DNA of 64,000 bases, from positions 127,032 to 191,031 of the forward strand of contig CAWCKU010000001.1 of NCBI GenBank assembly GCA_963796215.1, in the 5' to 3' direction. Within the stretch, counting starts at the first letter, position 1, and the number at the start of each line of letters is the position of its first letter. Shown here piece after piece: positions 1-12,321 of this stretch. The notes beneath the pieces were generated by a model, which saw nothing but the letters and a program-made list of their open reading frames with translations, was not told the DNA's origin and made no database searches. The position numbers and the translations under genes are program-made. The stretch comes from an uncultured delta proteobacterium. Lineage in GTDB: Bacteria > Desulfobacterota > Desulfobaccia > Desulfobaccales > 0-14-0-80-60-11.

Positions 1-786
1 GGGCCGGACGAAGTCAAGGCCCTGAGCCGCCGGGTGCACAGCCTCATCGAGAACGTGGACCAGGCCCAGAGCGAATTGGAGCGCAGCCAGGAGCATTTGC
101 TGCAGTCGGGCAAGTGGGCCATGGTGGGCAAGCTGGCCGCCGGGGTGGCGCACAGCATCCGGAACCCCTTAACCTCAGTGAACATGCGGCTCTTTTCCTT
201 GAAGCGCTCCCTGGCCATGTCCCCCTCCCAGAAGGAAGATTTCGAGGTGATCTCCGAAGAGATCCGTCACCTGGACGCCATTGTGCGGAATTTTTTGGAA
301 TTTTCCCGGCCGCCCAAGCTGAAGATGCAGCGGATCAGCCCCTCGGACGTGGTGGACGGGGCCGTGGAACTGTTGCGCTACCGTCTGGAGTCCTACGGGG
401 TGGCAGTGAAGCTGCTGCGGGACGCAAAGCTGCCGGAAATCCTGGCCGACCCGGACCAGCTCAAGGAAGTCCTGGCCAACCTGCTGGTCAACGCTTATGA
501 GGTCATGGTGAGCGGTGGGGTTATCACCATCCGGGAAGAGCAAAGTCTGGACCCGGCCCTGGGGCAGACGGTGGTCATCCGGGTGAGTGACACCGGGCCG
601 GGTATTTCCGAGTCCGTCCGGGACCAGGTGTTCCAGCCCTTTTTCAGCACCAAGGAGGAGGGCACCGGCCTGGGCCTGAGCATTGCCACCCGCATCATCG
701 AGGACCACGGCGGGCGGCTGGATCTGGAAGCCAACGAGGATGAGGGGGCGACCTTTGTCATCACGCTGCCCCTCAGGGAAGACTAA
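1..786 (+). CDS. Sensor histidine kinase, C-terminal part (5' end lies outside the window)
   Basis: Frame 1 is open from base 1. H-box [11 protein letters not shown] is followed by HATPase_c boxes ([22 protein letters not shown]). The stop lies 2 nt before the next start. Confidence 0.9.
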   Translation, partial: GPDEVKALSRRVHSLIENVDQAQSELERSQEHLLQSGKWAMVGKLAAGVAHSIRNPLTSVNMRLFSLKRSLAMSPSQKEDFEVISEEIRHLDAIVRNFLEFSRPPKLKMQRISPSDVVDGAVELLRYRLESYGVAVKLLRDAKLPEILADPDQLKEVLANLLVNAYEVMVSGGVITIREEQSLDPALGQTVVIRVSDTGPGISESVRDQVFQPFFSTKEEGTGLGLSIATRIIEDHGGRLDLEANEDEGATFVITLPLRED

Positions 787-788
787 CC

Positions 789-2226
<1,438 letters not shown>

Positions 2227-2271
2227 GAGTCAGAGACGAAGTGAGCAGTTTTGAAAGTGAAACTGAGGTGT

Positions 2272-2301
2272 AGGGCGGCTGGCGGGTCGCCCTCGATTTT
2301 T
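2272..2301 (+). terminator. Hairpin plus T-run after the NtrC-like gene
   Basis: AGGGCG (2272-2277) pairs with CGCCCT (2288-2293), followed by CGATTTTTCCCCTTTT. It resembles the degenerate GTAGGGCGG palindromes seen elsewhere in the window. Confidence 0.5.
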
Positions 2302-2408
2302 CCCCTTTTGGCTTTCAGCAAAAACCGATATTGAGGTTGCGCTCACCTTCTCGACAACTTCTTCAGCCAGTCGCGTAAATTAACAATAATCCTCATTTAC
2401 CCCGCCGC

Positions 2409-2427
2409 TTTTTACAAACTGTAAAAA
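2409..2427. promoter_or_regulatory. Perfect 8-bp inverted repeat, candidate enhancer (UAS) for a bacterial enhancer-binding protein
   Basis: TTTTTACA-aac-TGTAAAAA, centred about 116 bp upstream of the sigma-54 -24 element at 2534. Confidence 0.35.
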
Positions 2428-2532
2428 ATAGCGACAGGTGCCACGGTGATGGGGCGCGGCCGGGTGAGGTCTTACCCAATAAAAACTGTAATATATTCAG
2501 TTAGTTGTCTTAATAGGCCTTTCTTCGGCGTT

Positions 2533-2548
2533 TGGCACGGCCATTGCT
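2533..2548 (+). promoter_or_regulatory. Sigma-54 (-24/-12) promoter
   Basis: TGGCACGgccaTTGCt. GG is at 2534-2535 and GC at 2546-2547, giving the canonical 12-nt register. It lies 26 nt upstream of the GTG at 2574, with an AGGGAAG Shine-Dalgarno sequence in between. Confidence 0.7.
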
Positions 2549-2573
2549 CATCTTGAAGCAAGGGAAGATTTCC

Positions 2574-2978
2574 GTGGCTAATCACTGCAAAATCTTGATT
2601 GCGGATCGCAACCGTCACGTCCGGGAATTCTTGCGGCGGGAGTTGGGGGCGGAGGGTTATCAGGTGGAGGTGGCCAGGGATGGCCGTGAGTTATTGGATC
2701 GCCTGGACGGTGATGACCCGCCGCACCTCTTGATCCTGGACCTGGAGATCCCCTATCTGGACGAGTTGGAAATCTGGGCCCGGCTCAAGGACCGCCAACC
2801 GCCCCTGCCGGTGGTAATCCACACCTTTTTGCCGGAATATCCCACCCAGCTGACGGTTCCCCTGGCCGCGGCTTTCCTGGAAAAGAAAGGCGACACCGAT
2901 GAGTTGAAGGCCGTGGTGGCCGAAGTCATCGGCAAACATTACCCACGGCAATTCAGGCGGGTCAGGAAAGGGCTTTAA
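2574..2978 (+). CDS. Stand-alone response-regulator receiver (CheY-like)
   Basis: KILIADRNRHVREFLRRELGAEGYQVEVARDGRELL..HLLILDLEIPYLDE..PVVIHTF is a REC-domain pattern. I prefer the GTG at 2574 with its SD over the track start at 2532, because 2532 lies inside the sigma-54 promoter. Confidence 0.85.
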   Translation: MANHCKILIADRNRHVREFLRRELGAEGYQVEVARDGRELLDRLDGDDPPHLLILDLEIPYLDELEIWARLKDRQPPLPVVIHTFLPEYPTQLTVPLAAAFLEKKGDTDELKAVVAEVIGKHYPRQFRRVRKGL

Positions 2979-3209
2979 TTATGGGTCGAAGCAAAGATAG
3001 AGCCGGTTTCAGAACGGGATTTCAGCAGAGCTCGGCCATGGTCCAGCAGTGGCAGGGACGTTTTGTGAGCTGGCGTCTCTGGTCTCCCAGAATAGGTTTC
3101 CTGGGCCGAACCCCATTGCCTCACGCCCGGATATTGGGCCCGCCTCGGGGAAAGAGCCCGTTAAAGTAGACTGGGATCCGGAGAAAGGTTAATCGGGCTC
3201 CACCACGTT

Positions 3210-5896
3210 ATGGCCAACCTGTTCCAGAGGCTGAAGAGCATCTTTTCCGGGGGTGAGCCGGTGACGGCGCTCTCTATGGAGGAGATGCGTTCAGTCTTTA
3301 AGACCAGGTACCATGCCTTCAAGCTTCTCCTGGCGGCCAACAACACCGCCCTGCAACTCATGACGGACATGGAGGCCGCCCTCCACGGCAGCCACAGCTT
3401 CGGCATGTCCTTCATCCGGTCGCACGCCACCGCCACTTGCGTCAATGTCTTTGCCATCATCCGGAACCTCAACGAACTCTCAGGCAACCGGTATCAGGCC
3501 CTGGAAGGCGTCTTTGCCGCCATCAAAGAGAAAATCGACGACGCCTTGACGAGCCGTCAGGTCCCCGCCATTCAGGACCTGGTATTGCCCCTGGAGCAGG
3601 TTCACCGGGAAATGGCCGATGGGGTGGGCAGCAAGATGGCGAACCTGGGGGAGATCACCACCCGGCTGCCCGAGCTGACCGTACCCGCCGGTTTTGCCAT
3701 CACCGCGGCGGCCTACGAGCTCTTCCTGTCCCACAATCAGCTCCAGGATGAGATCAACCGGCGCCTGCAATCTTCGGGGGCGGAGGACATCTCGGACCTC
3801 TACCGGATAAGCTCTGAGGTCCAGATGCTCATCATCGGCGCCGAAATGCCGCCGGCCCTGGAGGAGGCCATCGCCGCCGCCTATGACCGGTTGGAGCAAA
3901 GCTGCCCCGGCCCCTTGCGGGTGGCCTTGCGTTCCAGCGCCATCGGCGAGGATGCCGCGGAGACTTCTTTTGCCGGGCAATACCGGTCGGAGCTCAATGT
4001 CAGCCGGCAGAACATCTTCACCGTCTATAAGGAAATTCTCGCCAGCAAGTATGCCCTGACCGCGGTGAGCTACCGGCTGCACAAGGGGCTGCGTGATGAA
4101 GACGTGGCCATGTGCGTGGGCTGCATGGCCATGGTGGATTCGCTGAGGCGGCGGGGTCATGTACTCCCGGGACCCCAACGACCTCCGCGGCGACGCCATC
4201 TTCATCAACGCGGTGCACGGCCTGGCCAAAGCCGTGGTGGACGGCAGCGTCACCCCCGACCTCTATGTCATTTCCCGGCAAATGCCCCTGACCGTGATCA
4301 AGAAAGAGATCCGGGATAAAGAGCTCAAAGTCGTTTGCCTGCCGGAAGAAGGGGTGCTGCTGCAGGAGGATGAGGAAGGGCAGGCGCCGGTCCTGACCGA
4401 GGCCCAGGCCCTGGAGCTGGCCGCCATCGCCCTGGCCCTGGAAGAGCATTTTCAGGCGCCCCAGGACATCGAGTGGTGTATGGCAGGAGATGGCCGCATC
4501 CATATCCTGCAAAGCCGGCCTTTGAAACAAATGACCGCAGCCAGCCGGGAAGCTGAGCCTTCGACTTCGGGACTTGACCACCCAATCATGCTCCGGGGAG
4601 GGGAGATGGCCAGCCCCGGCGTGGCCGCGGGCCCTGTTTACCTGGTGCGGAACAACCTGGACCTCTTGCAGTTTCCCGAGGGCGCCGTCCTGGTGACCGC
4701 CTTTCCCCATCCCAGTTGGGCCACCCTCTTGAGCCGGGCGGCGGCCGTGGTCACTGACCGGGGCGGGATTACCGGGCATTTGGCCAATGTGGCCCGGGAA
4801 TTCGGCCTGCCGGCCTTGTTCAACACCATGGAGGCCACGGCGCGGCTGACTCCCGGTGAAATCGATCACCGTGGACGCGGACGGCCGCCGCATCTACCTG
4901 GGCCGGGTGGAGGAGCTGCTCAAATCGGCCGCCGTCAAGCGGGGCGTTATGCTGGGCACCCCGGTGGGAGAGACTCTTAAAGAGGTCATGACCTTCATCA
5001 CCCCCCTATATCTCACCAACCCGGAGGCTCCGGACTTCAGGCCGGGCGGCTGCAAGAGCTTGCACGACATTACCCGGTTTGCCCACGAAGTGGCGGTCAA
5101 GGAGATGTTCGCCTTCGACAAACACCGGGCCTTCTCCAAATATTTCATCAAGCGCCTGGTCACCGACGTGGCCATGGAGTGGTGGGTTCTGGACCTGGAA
5201 GACGGCTTCAAGGAGGAAGTGGCGGGCAACACCGTAGAACTGGCCAACATCGCCTCCATCCCCATGCTGGCCCTGTGGCAGGGGATCACCGCGGTGCCCT
5301 GGGAAGGGCCGCCGCCGGTGGACACCCGGGGCTTCATGTCCATCGTCATGGGCGCCGCCGCCGACCCCAACCTGGCCGCGGCCGGGGGCACCATTTTCGG
5401 CAACCAGAATTACTTCATGATTTCGAAGGATTTTTGTAACCTGACCTCCCGCCTGGGCTTTCATTTCTCCACGGTGGAGGCCCTGGTGGGGGAGCAGCCG
5501 TTTGAAAACTATATCCGCTTCGCCTTCAAAGGCGGGGCCGCGGACTATCCCCGGCGGGTGCGCCGGGCCAAATTCGTGGCGGAGATCCTGGAGCAGCACC
5601 ATTTCAAGGTGGACGTCAAGGAGGACTCCCTCTTCGCCCGCCTGGAGGGCGAGGCCAAGGACTACATGCTGAGCCGCCTGCGCATCCTCGGTTATATCAC
5701 CATCCACACCCGCCAACTGGACATGATCATGCTCAATGAGGCGGACGTGCAGTATTACGCCGAGAAAATCAACGCCGACCTGGAAAAGATCAGTGGCCAG
5801 TGGCCAGTGGCCAGTGGCAGTAAAGGCGTGCTCCCACCTCCACTTATTTTGCCTCCACCCCAGATTATCGATAAGCCGCCTCTGGAATTGTCTTGA
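3210..5896 (+). CDS. PEP-utilising enzyme (PpsA-like pyruvate, water dikinase family), two frame disruptions
   Basis: Pieces 3210-4319, 4159-4980 and 4856-5896 (three frames) read through as about 890 aa. Order: PPDK_N ATP-grasp (GSKMANLGEI, PAGFAITAAAY), swivel phosphohistidine domain (VVTDRGGITGHLANVAREFGLP), then a roughly 340-aa C-terminal region I do not recognise as the canonical PEP/pyruvate barrel. Frame changes lie near 4145-4160 and 4856-4868. Confidence 0.85.
5791..5818 (+). repeat. Tandem heptanucleotide repeat (CAGTGGC) x4 inside the 3' end of the PpsA-like CDS
   Basis: Four exact copies occupy 5791-5797, 5798-5804, 5805-5811 and 5812-5818. The unit length is not a multiple of 3. 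Confidence 0.9.
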
Positions 5897-6111
5897 GGGT
5901 TGTATTAAAGTCTTAATGGGCGGCCGGGTCCGCCTCGGCTCATTATCGGGAGCCGCTTGGATAAGCTGGCGGCAGCTGTTGGGCCGCGGCAATTAAGGGG
6001 AGAGATCATGTTAGAAGCCAATTTTTACGGCAAGCTGGCATTGACGGGCTTATTGATGCTGGCCTTAATTATCACCACCGGGGCACGGCCCGGGCCGAAA
6101 GGAGTAATCCC

Positions 6112-6609
6112 TTGGTAAAACTGGAAACGAGTATGGGCGAAATCACCCTGGAGTTGTACCCCGACAAGGCCCCGGCCACGGTGGCCAATTTCCTGCAATA
6201 CGTCAAAGACGGCTCTTATGACGGCACCATCTTTCACCGGGTCATCCCCACCTTCATGATCCAGGGAGGCGGCTTCGACGCCCAGATGAATCAGAAGCCC
6301 ACCAAGGCCCCCATTAAGAACGAGGCCGACAACGGCCTGAAGAACGAGGCTTATACCGTCGCCATGGCCCGGACCAATGACCCCCATTCGGCCACGGCCC
6401 AGTTTTTCATCAACGTGGCGGACAACCAGTTCCTCAACCACACCGCCAAGACCCCCCAGGGCTGGGGCTACGCGGTCTTCGGCAAGGTGGTCAAGGGCCA
6501 GGACGTGGTGGACAAGATCAAGGCGGTGCCCACCGGCAATAAGGGCATGCACCAGAATGTGCCGGTGGAGCCGGTGACCATCATCAAGGCCACGGTGGTG
6601 GAGAAATAG
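6112..6609 (+). CDS. ppiB: Peptidyl-prolyl cis-trans isomerase, cyclophilin type (PpiB-like, cytoplasmic)
   Basis: [65 protein letters not shown] aligns colinearly with my recollection of E. coli PpiB. An AAAGGAG SD lies 7 nt before the TTG start. Confidence 0.9.
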   Translation: MVKLETSMGEITLELYPDKAPATVANFLQYVKDGSYDGTIFHRVIPTFMIQGGGFDAQMNQKPTKAPIKNEADNGLKNEAYTVAMARTNDPHSATAQFFINVADNQFLNHTAKTPQGWGYAVFGKVVKGQDVVDKIKAVPTGNKGMHQNVPVEPVTIIKATVVEK

Positions 6610-6621
6610 TAGAACGCTCCT

Positions 6622-6646
6622 GTAGGGCGGCGCGTCCGCCGCCTCA
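6622..6646. repeat. REP-like palindrome (degenerate family 1 member)
   Basis: GTAGGGCGGCG-cgtc-CGCCGCCTCA lies just after the ppiB stop. Confidence 0.5.
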
Positions 6647-6701
6647 ACGATAGGGCAGAAAGCCCGCCCGTCACCAATGAGGCCTCTGGAGAGTGAAGAC
6701 T

Positions 6702-7209
6702 ATGAACGATAGGTCCTGATCCGGGAGGCCGGGACCGGGGAGTTGGAGGCCGTCGAGGCCCTGGTGAAGGGGGCCTACCGGGAATACCGGGAGTTGGTGC
6801 CGGAGGAAGGCTGGGAGCGCTGGATGGCGAGCATCACCCTGGCCGTCAACGAAGGGGCGGGGGCAGCTGCTGGTGGCCGAGGTTGACGGGCGTCATCCAG
6901 GGGGCGGTCCAGTTCTTTCCGGATGCCAGCCGTTCCGGCCAGGGGCACTGGCCGCCGGGCGCCGGGACCATCCGGCTCCTGGCGGTGCGGCCGGAGTCCC
7001 GGGGTCTGGGGTTGGGCACCCGGTTGACCCTGGAGTGCCTGCGCCGGGCCCGGGAGCTGAAGATTCCCACCATCTTTTTATACACCGGCCGCTTCATGCT
7101 GGCGGCCCAGCATATTTATGAGAAACTGGGCTTCAAGCGGGCCCCGGAGTGCGATCCGCCCCGGGAGCCAGGGCCGATTGCCTACCGCCTGGATTTGTCC
7201 AAGGGGTAG
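6702..7209 (+). CDS. GNAT family N-acetyltransferase, two frame disruptions
   Basis: MNDR / VLIREAGTGELEAVEALVKGAYREY..NEGAG / ..LLVAEVDGRVIQGAVQFF..IRLLAVRPESRGLGLGTRL (acetyl-CoA motif A). Frame changes lie near 6712-6720 and at G-runs 6854-6863. Only the last piece (6883-7209) is in the ORF track. Confidence 0.75.
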
Positions 7210-7874
7210 TGCGGCTAATTTTTCAAGGAGCATTTGGGTCTATGATGTCTTGATGACCTCTGGAAAATATTCCCGTCCCATCTGTTTCCCCGCGATGAAG
7301 ACGGTGGCGAAGATGGTCTCCAGGTTCACCAGGACGGATTCGAAGCGCACCGAGAAAAATCCTCATCGGCGTGATACGTCACTGCCAGCATACCCTTTAA
7401 CTTGAGTAGTTCGGCGCGCACGGCGTCGGGGCAGCCCACTCAGGTGAAGCCTCCCTGTTGCATCATGCCCTTGACGCGCATCCGGATTGCGGTGATCAAA
7501 GCCAGTCCTCCTCTAACGGCGCGCCCTCTCTCAGGGCGCGACTCATCCTGGTCAGCGCTTCTTGCCATTTTCTTGGGTTAAGTCTATCCTAATGTCCGCT
7601 GGTCTGCATCTGGCCCGGATAGTAACTGGAGATGGTTGATCCTGGCCAACCGTGGGATTTATTTGAAAATTGCCATTCGAGCACTTGCAATTTGGGAGCG
7701 GCATGCTAGATAATTTTGTATAAGGAGTTTTTTCCATGACCGCCCCGATTTTTGTCGGCTCTATCTGGTTATTATATCATGTATTCGTGGCCGCCAGGAC
7801 CGCTGCCCTGGAAATGTCAAGGCCGGTTAATACATTCCCAACAATTCTCAACACGCCGTGAGGAAGGAGGGGGT

Positions 7875-8487
7875 ATGATGCGTTTACTGCCGATATTCTT
7901 GGGATTTCTGCTCTTGGTTGGCAATGGCTCCACAGCCCTGGCGGCGAGCCAGAAGGCCACGGCGCTGCGGCAGGCCAACGGCCTGACCGCCTTCACCCCA
8001 CCCGAGAAGTTCCTGGCCGGAAATTTCGTGGCCGACGAGATGAACCCGGCGTTCATTTTCGGTCCGGTGAAGGCCTTTGCCGCCTCCCGCAAATGCCCCA
8101 CGGCCTGGCTCATCGAGGCGGGCGATAAAAATCGCCCGGCCGGGCCAGGCAGCCCGGACACAGCCCGCGGAGTATACCCTCTACCTGGAGGAGGACTGCC
8201 CGGACCAGGTGGTCTACTATGTCTTCATCGACCAGAGCGGCTTGACTCCCCAGCAATGGATCGAGTGGCGGGAAAAATTCCACAAGAGCAAGGCGGACAG
8301 CAGTATACCTCGACCAAATCCAAACTGGATACACGCCTGCACGGCGGGTTGCGGGGTCGGCGCCGAACTGCGTTTCATCCAGAAGAACGGGGAACTCGTG
8401 ACCAAATCTCCGGAAGAAGTCTTGCTGGGTGATCTCAAATTTGCCCCGATTTATGATCTGAATAAGCGGCAGAAAATCTCCAAGTAG
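7875..8487 (+). CDS. Secreted hypothetical protein (signal peptide), one frame disruption
   Basis: A GGAGG SD precedes ATGATG at 7875. MMRLLPIFLGFLLLVGNGSTALAAS is a signal peptide. Pieces 7752-8432 and 8077-8487 overlap in different frames (change near 8100-8160). No domain recognised. Confidence 0.6.
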
Positions 8488-8508
8488 GCTGGCCGCTTCG
8501 GAAGATTT

Positions 8509-9518
8509 ATGGCACGCAGAAAGGCAAAGGTGGGCGCCGCCCAGAGGCTGACCGGATACGGTATTCTGGCCGTGCTGGGCCTGATCACCATCGGGCTGCT
8601 GGTCCAGCAGGCCCGCTTCAACCCCGCGGTGAACGTGGCCCTGCGCGCCCCACTGCAAGGCCGGCCCCAGGCCGCTTCCGGCCAGACCCCTCGGCCACGG
8701 CCGCGCTCATCCCCGAGGTCAAGGGCTTCACTCCCCTGGCCCCCACCGAGAGCTTCGGCCCGGATAACCTCTCCGACAAGATCGACGGCAAGGCCGAGCT
8801 TTACCTGCCCGCGGGCTTTAAAGAAATGTCCTGCCGCAAATTCGGTCTGGACACCGCCGGCAAGGCGTATGTCGAAGTGTTTATTTATGATATGGGTTCA
8901 GCTCCAAATGCCTTTGCCGTATTCAGCGGCCAGCGCCGTTCGGGTTCCCCCAGCAGTTCCCTGACCGCCAACGCCTATAGCACCGCCAATGCTTTGTTCT
9001 TTACCCAGGGGCGGTTTTACGTGGAGATCGTGGCGGACCGGGCCTCGGAGGCGCTGCAAGGCTCCCTGGAGGCTTATGCCAAGGCGCTCCTGGCCAAGCT
9101 GCCCGCCGAGGGCGAAACCAAGAGACGCAAGCGCGCTCTTTCCCAAGGAGGGCCTGGCGCCGGACACGGTGCGCCTGTGCGCCGCCGACACCTTTGGTTG
9201 GAGGGTTTGAATAACGTGTTCACCGGGGAATACAGCCTGAAGAGCGGCAAGGCCACGGGCTTTATGGCGCCGCGCGACACCCCGGAGCAGGCCCAGGCGG
9301 AGGCCAAGCGTTACCTGGATTTTCTGGCCGCCAACGGTTACCAGAAGGTTCAGACTCCGGGCGCGCCGGCGGACCTGCCGGTGCTGGTCCTGGATAACTC
9401 GTTTGAAATAGTCTTTGTCCAGGATAAGACCCTGGCCGGGGTGCATGACGCCACCTCGCGGGAAGCCGCCCTGGAACTGGCCGCCAAATTGCGGAATGAA
9501 CTCAAGGGAAAGCCTTGA
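8509..9518 (+). CDS. Membrane-anchored hypothetical protein, at least three frame disruptions
   Basis: N-terminal anchor GYGILAVLGLITIGLLV. Pieces 8509-8964, 8826-9518 and 8989-9210 each carry protein-like stretches (e.g. FPKEGLAPDTVRLCAADTFGW sits in the third frame). No domain recognised. Confidence 0.55.
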
Positions 9519-10519
9519 ACGACCCACGGATGAAGAAAAGCTACGGACCGGCGAGCTGAACCGCCGGGATTTCCTCAAGCGGCTGGGGTACGCCTCGGCC
9601 TTGACTCTGGCCGCCTGCGGCCTCGGCCTGGCCCTGTATGACTCCAAAGGCCCTGCCCCGTCCGAGGGCCAGAAGGCGCTGACCGGCCTGGGGGATTACC
9701 GTCTTAAAGACCTGGCTTCGGGGCCGGGAAAGATGGCCATCGTCCGGGGCACGGACCGGGCGGTGATGGTCGAGCAGGGGGTCAAGGCCCTGGGCGGGAT
9801 GGAGTCCTTCATCCAGAAGGGCGACCGGGTGCTCATCAAGGTCAACGCCGCCTTCGCCACCCCGGCCTCCCTGGGGGCCACCACCCACCCGGAGGTGCTG
9901 GCCGCGGTGGCCGGCCTCTGTTTCAAGGCCGGGGCGGCCCAGGTGCTGGTGACGGACAACCCCATCAACAATCCCGACAGTTGCTTCGAGATCACCGGGC
10001 TGGCCGAGGCGGCCCGGGCCAGCGGGGCCCGGATCATCGCCCCCCGGGCCGCCCTGTTTGCGCCCGCTCAGCCTGCCCGGGGGCAAGCTGCTCCAGAACT
10101 GGCCGGTGATGGCCGGGGTCTTCCCGGGAGTGACCAAGGTCATCGTGGTGTCCCCGGTTAAGGACCACCAACGGGCCGGGGCCTCCATGACCCTCAAGAA
10201 TTTTTACGGCTTCCTGGGCGGGCGGCGCAACGTCTTCCACCAGGACATCAACGGCATCATCACCGAGCTGTCGCAGATGCTCAAGCCCACCCTGTGCGTC
10301 CTGGACGGCACGGTGAGCATGATGACCAACGGCCCCACCGGCGGGTCGCTCTCCGATCTGAAGGACACCGGCACCCTGGTGGTCTCCACCGACCCCGTGG
10401 CCGCCGACGCGGTGGGCGTGGAACTGTTGGGGCGCACCCTGGCCGACGTGCCCTATATCCTGATGGCCGAGAAGGCCGGGGCGGGCCAGGCCGACTATCA
10501 GCGGCTCAACCCGGTGTAA
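9496..10519 (+). CDS. DUF362 domain protein with twin-arginine (Tat) signal, one frame disruption
   Basis: ATG at 9496. NRRDFLKRLGYASALTLAA is a Tat motif. DRVLIKVNAAF and VKDHQRAGASMTLKNFYGFLG match my memory of DUF362/COG2006. Pieces 9415-10161 and 10058-10519 change frame near 10050-10080. Confidence 0.8.
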
Positions 10520-10555
10520 TCAGATACCAAAGCTTAAGTCACGGGCAACACTCTC

Positions 10556-12286
10556 ATGCGCATCGTCACCGTCCGCCGGATCAGCCAAGCCTTCTTCCTG
10601 GCGGTTTTCCTGTGGTTCTGCATCACCGCCACCCTGGGGGCGGCCTGGTGGCAGTTGCGCGGCTGGCCCATCAACTGGCTCCTGGACCTGGACCCCCTCA
10701 CCGCCCTGGCCACGGTCCTGGCCACCGGCACGCTCTATGCGACTCTTACCTGGGCCCTGGTCGCCATCGTTTTGACCCTGTTCGTGGGCCGGTTCTTCTG
10801 CGGCTTTGCCTGCCCCCTGGGCACGCTCAACCAGTTTACCGGCTGGCTGGGGCGGCGGGGTGGGCCTGGCCGACCGGGTGGAAGCCAATCGCCACCGCCG
10901 CTCTCAGGCCCTGAAATACTACCTCCTGGTCGGCCTGCTGGCCCTGGCCCTCATGGGCTCGGTGCAGACCGGGATTTTCGATCCCCTGCCCCTGCTGCAC
11001 CGCAGCGTCAACCTGGCCCTGGCCCCCCTGGCCGATAACCGCCTGGGCCTGCTCAGCGACGAGCCGCGCTTTTATGCCTCGGCCTGGCTGCTCGGGGTCG
11101 TGTTCCTGGCGGTGCTGGGCCTGAACCTGGTCCTGCCCCGGTTCTTCTGCCGCTTCCTCTGCCCTCTGGGGGCGCTTTTCGGCCTGTTGAGCCGCTTCAC
11201 CCCCTGGCGCATCGGCAAGACCTCGGACAGATGCGGCGATTGCCGCATCTGTGAGGAATACTGCGAAGGGGCCTGCCGGCCTTCGGGAACCTTCATCGGC
11301 GGCGAGTGCGTCATGTGCCTGAACTGCCTGGACCGCTGCCCGGCCGGCCGGGTCACCTTTGCCACCAAGGCCTCGGCGGCGGGCGAGGTCGGGTTGCCGG
11401 ATCTGTCCCGGCGCGGCCTGATCGTGGCCGGGGGCGGGCTGCTGCTGGCCTCCATGTGGGGCGTCGGCGGGCTGGCCGGGCCCAACCGTAACGCCGGCCT
11501 CATCCGTCCCCCCGGGGCCCTGGACGAGGAGCGCTTCCTGACCCGCTGCATCCGTTGCGGCCAGTGCATGCGCATCTGCCCCGGCAACATCATCCACCCC
11601 GCCCTGCTGGAGGCCGGGATTCAGGGCCTGTGGACCCCGGCCGTCAACTACCGCATCGGCCGCAGCGGCTGCCTGCCCAACTGCATCGCCTGCGGCCAGG
11701 TCTGCCCCACCGCGGCCATCCGGCCCCTCAGCCTCGAGGAGAAGCAAGGCGCCGGCGAGTTCGCCGCCCAGGGGCCGATCCGCCTGGGCACGGCCTTCGT
11801 GGACCGGGGCCGCTGTCTGCCCTGGGCCATGGACCGGCCCTGCCTGGTCTGTCAGGAATTGTGCCCCGTGAGCCCCAAGGCCATCTTCGTCCGCACCGTG
11901 TTCGAGACCATCCGGGACGGCCAGGCGCTGCCGGCCAAGGCCCAGGGGACAGGGGTGGTCCTGGAGGCGGCCATCCCCACTGCGGTGAACCTGGCCAGCG
12001 GCGACTACTACCTGCGTCCCACCGGGGAGCCCGAGGCCGCGCTGCGGCGCATCACCGGCCTGGCCGGCACCAGGCTGACCCTGGAGAGCCCCCTGGCCGG
12101 GAGGGCCTGCCGGCCGAGGGGGGCCGGGTGGATATCGTGGTGCGCTTGTCGCGTCCTTTCGTGGACGCCGCCAGGTGTACCGGCTGCGGCATGTGCGAGC
12201 ATGAATGCCCGGTATCGGGCCAGCGCGCCATCCGCGTATACAGCGAAAACGAATCCCGTTCACGCCGGGGGCGCCTGCTCATTTAG
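10556..12286 (+). CDS. Membrane polyferredoxin (NapH/MauN-like 4Fe-4S binding protein), two frame disruptions
   Basis: Two membrane FFCxFxCPLG motifs (FFCGFACPLG, FFCRFLCPLG) plus multiple clusters: CGDCRICEEYC, CVMCLNCLDRCP, CIRCGQCMRICP, CIACGQVCP, CLVCQELCP, CTGCGMCEHECP. Frame changes lie near 10850-10870 and 12100-12125. The end is taken from the 11555-12286 piece. Confidence 0.8.
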
Positions 12287-12321
12287 GCGGCGAAACCGGG
12301 ATCCCTAGAGAGGAGGTTATC

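Noticed and set aside
3050-3066. TGGCAG-N5-TTTTG upstream of the PpsA-like gene as a second sigma-54 promoter.
   Set aside because: There is no GC at the -12 register. The gene is more simply co-transcribed from the 2533 promoter.
6009-6119. A 36-aa ORF with a signal-peptide-like sequence ending at the ppiB start, as a possible frameshifted export signal for a periplasmic PpiA.
   Set aside because: ppiB has its own AAAGGAG SD and TTG start. It aligns from residue 1 with cytoplasmic PpiB, so no fusion is needed. The small ORF remains unproven.
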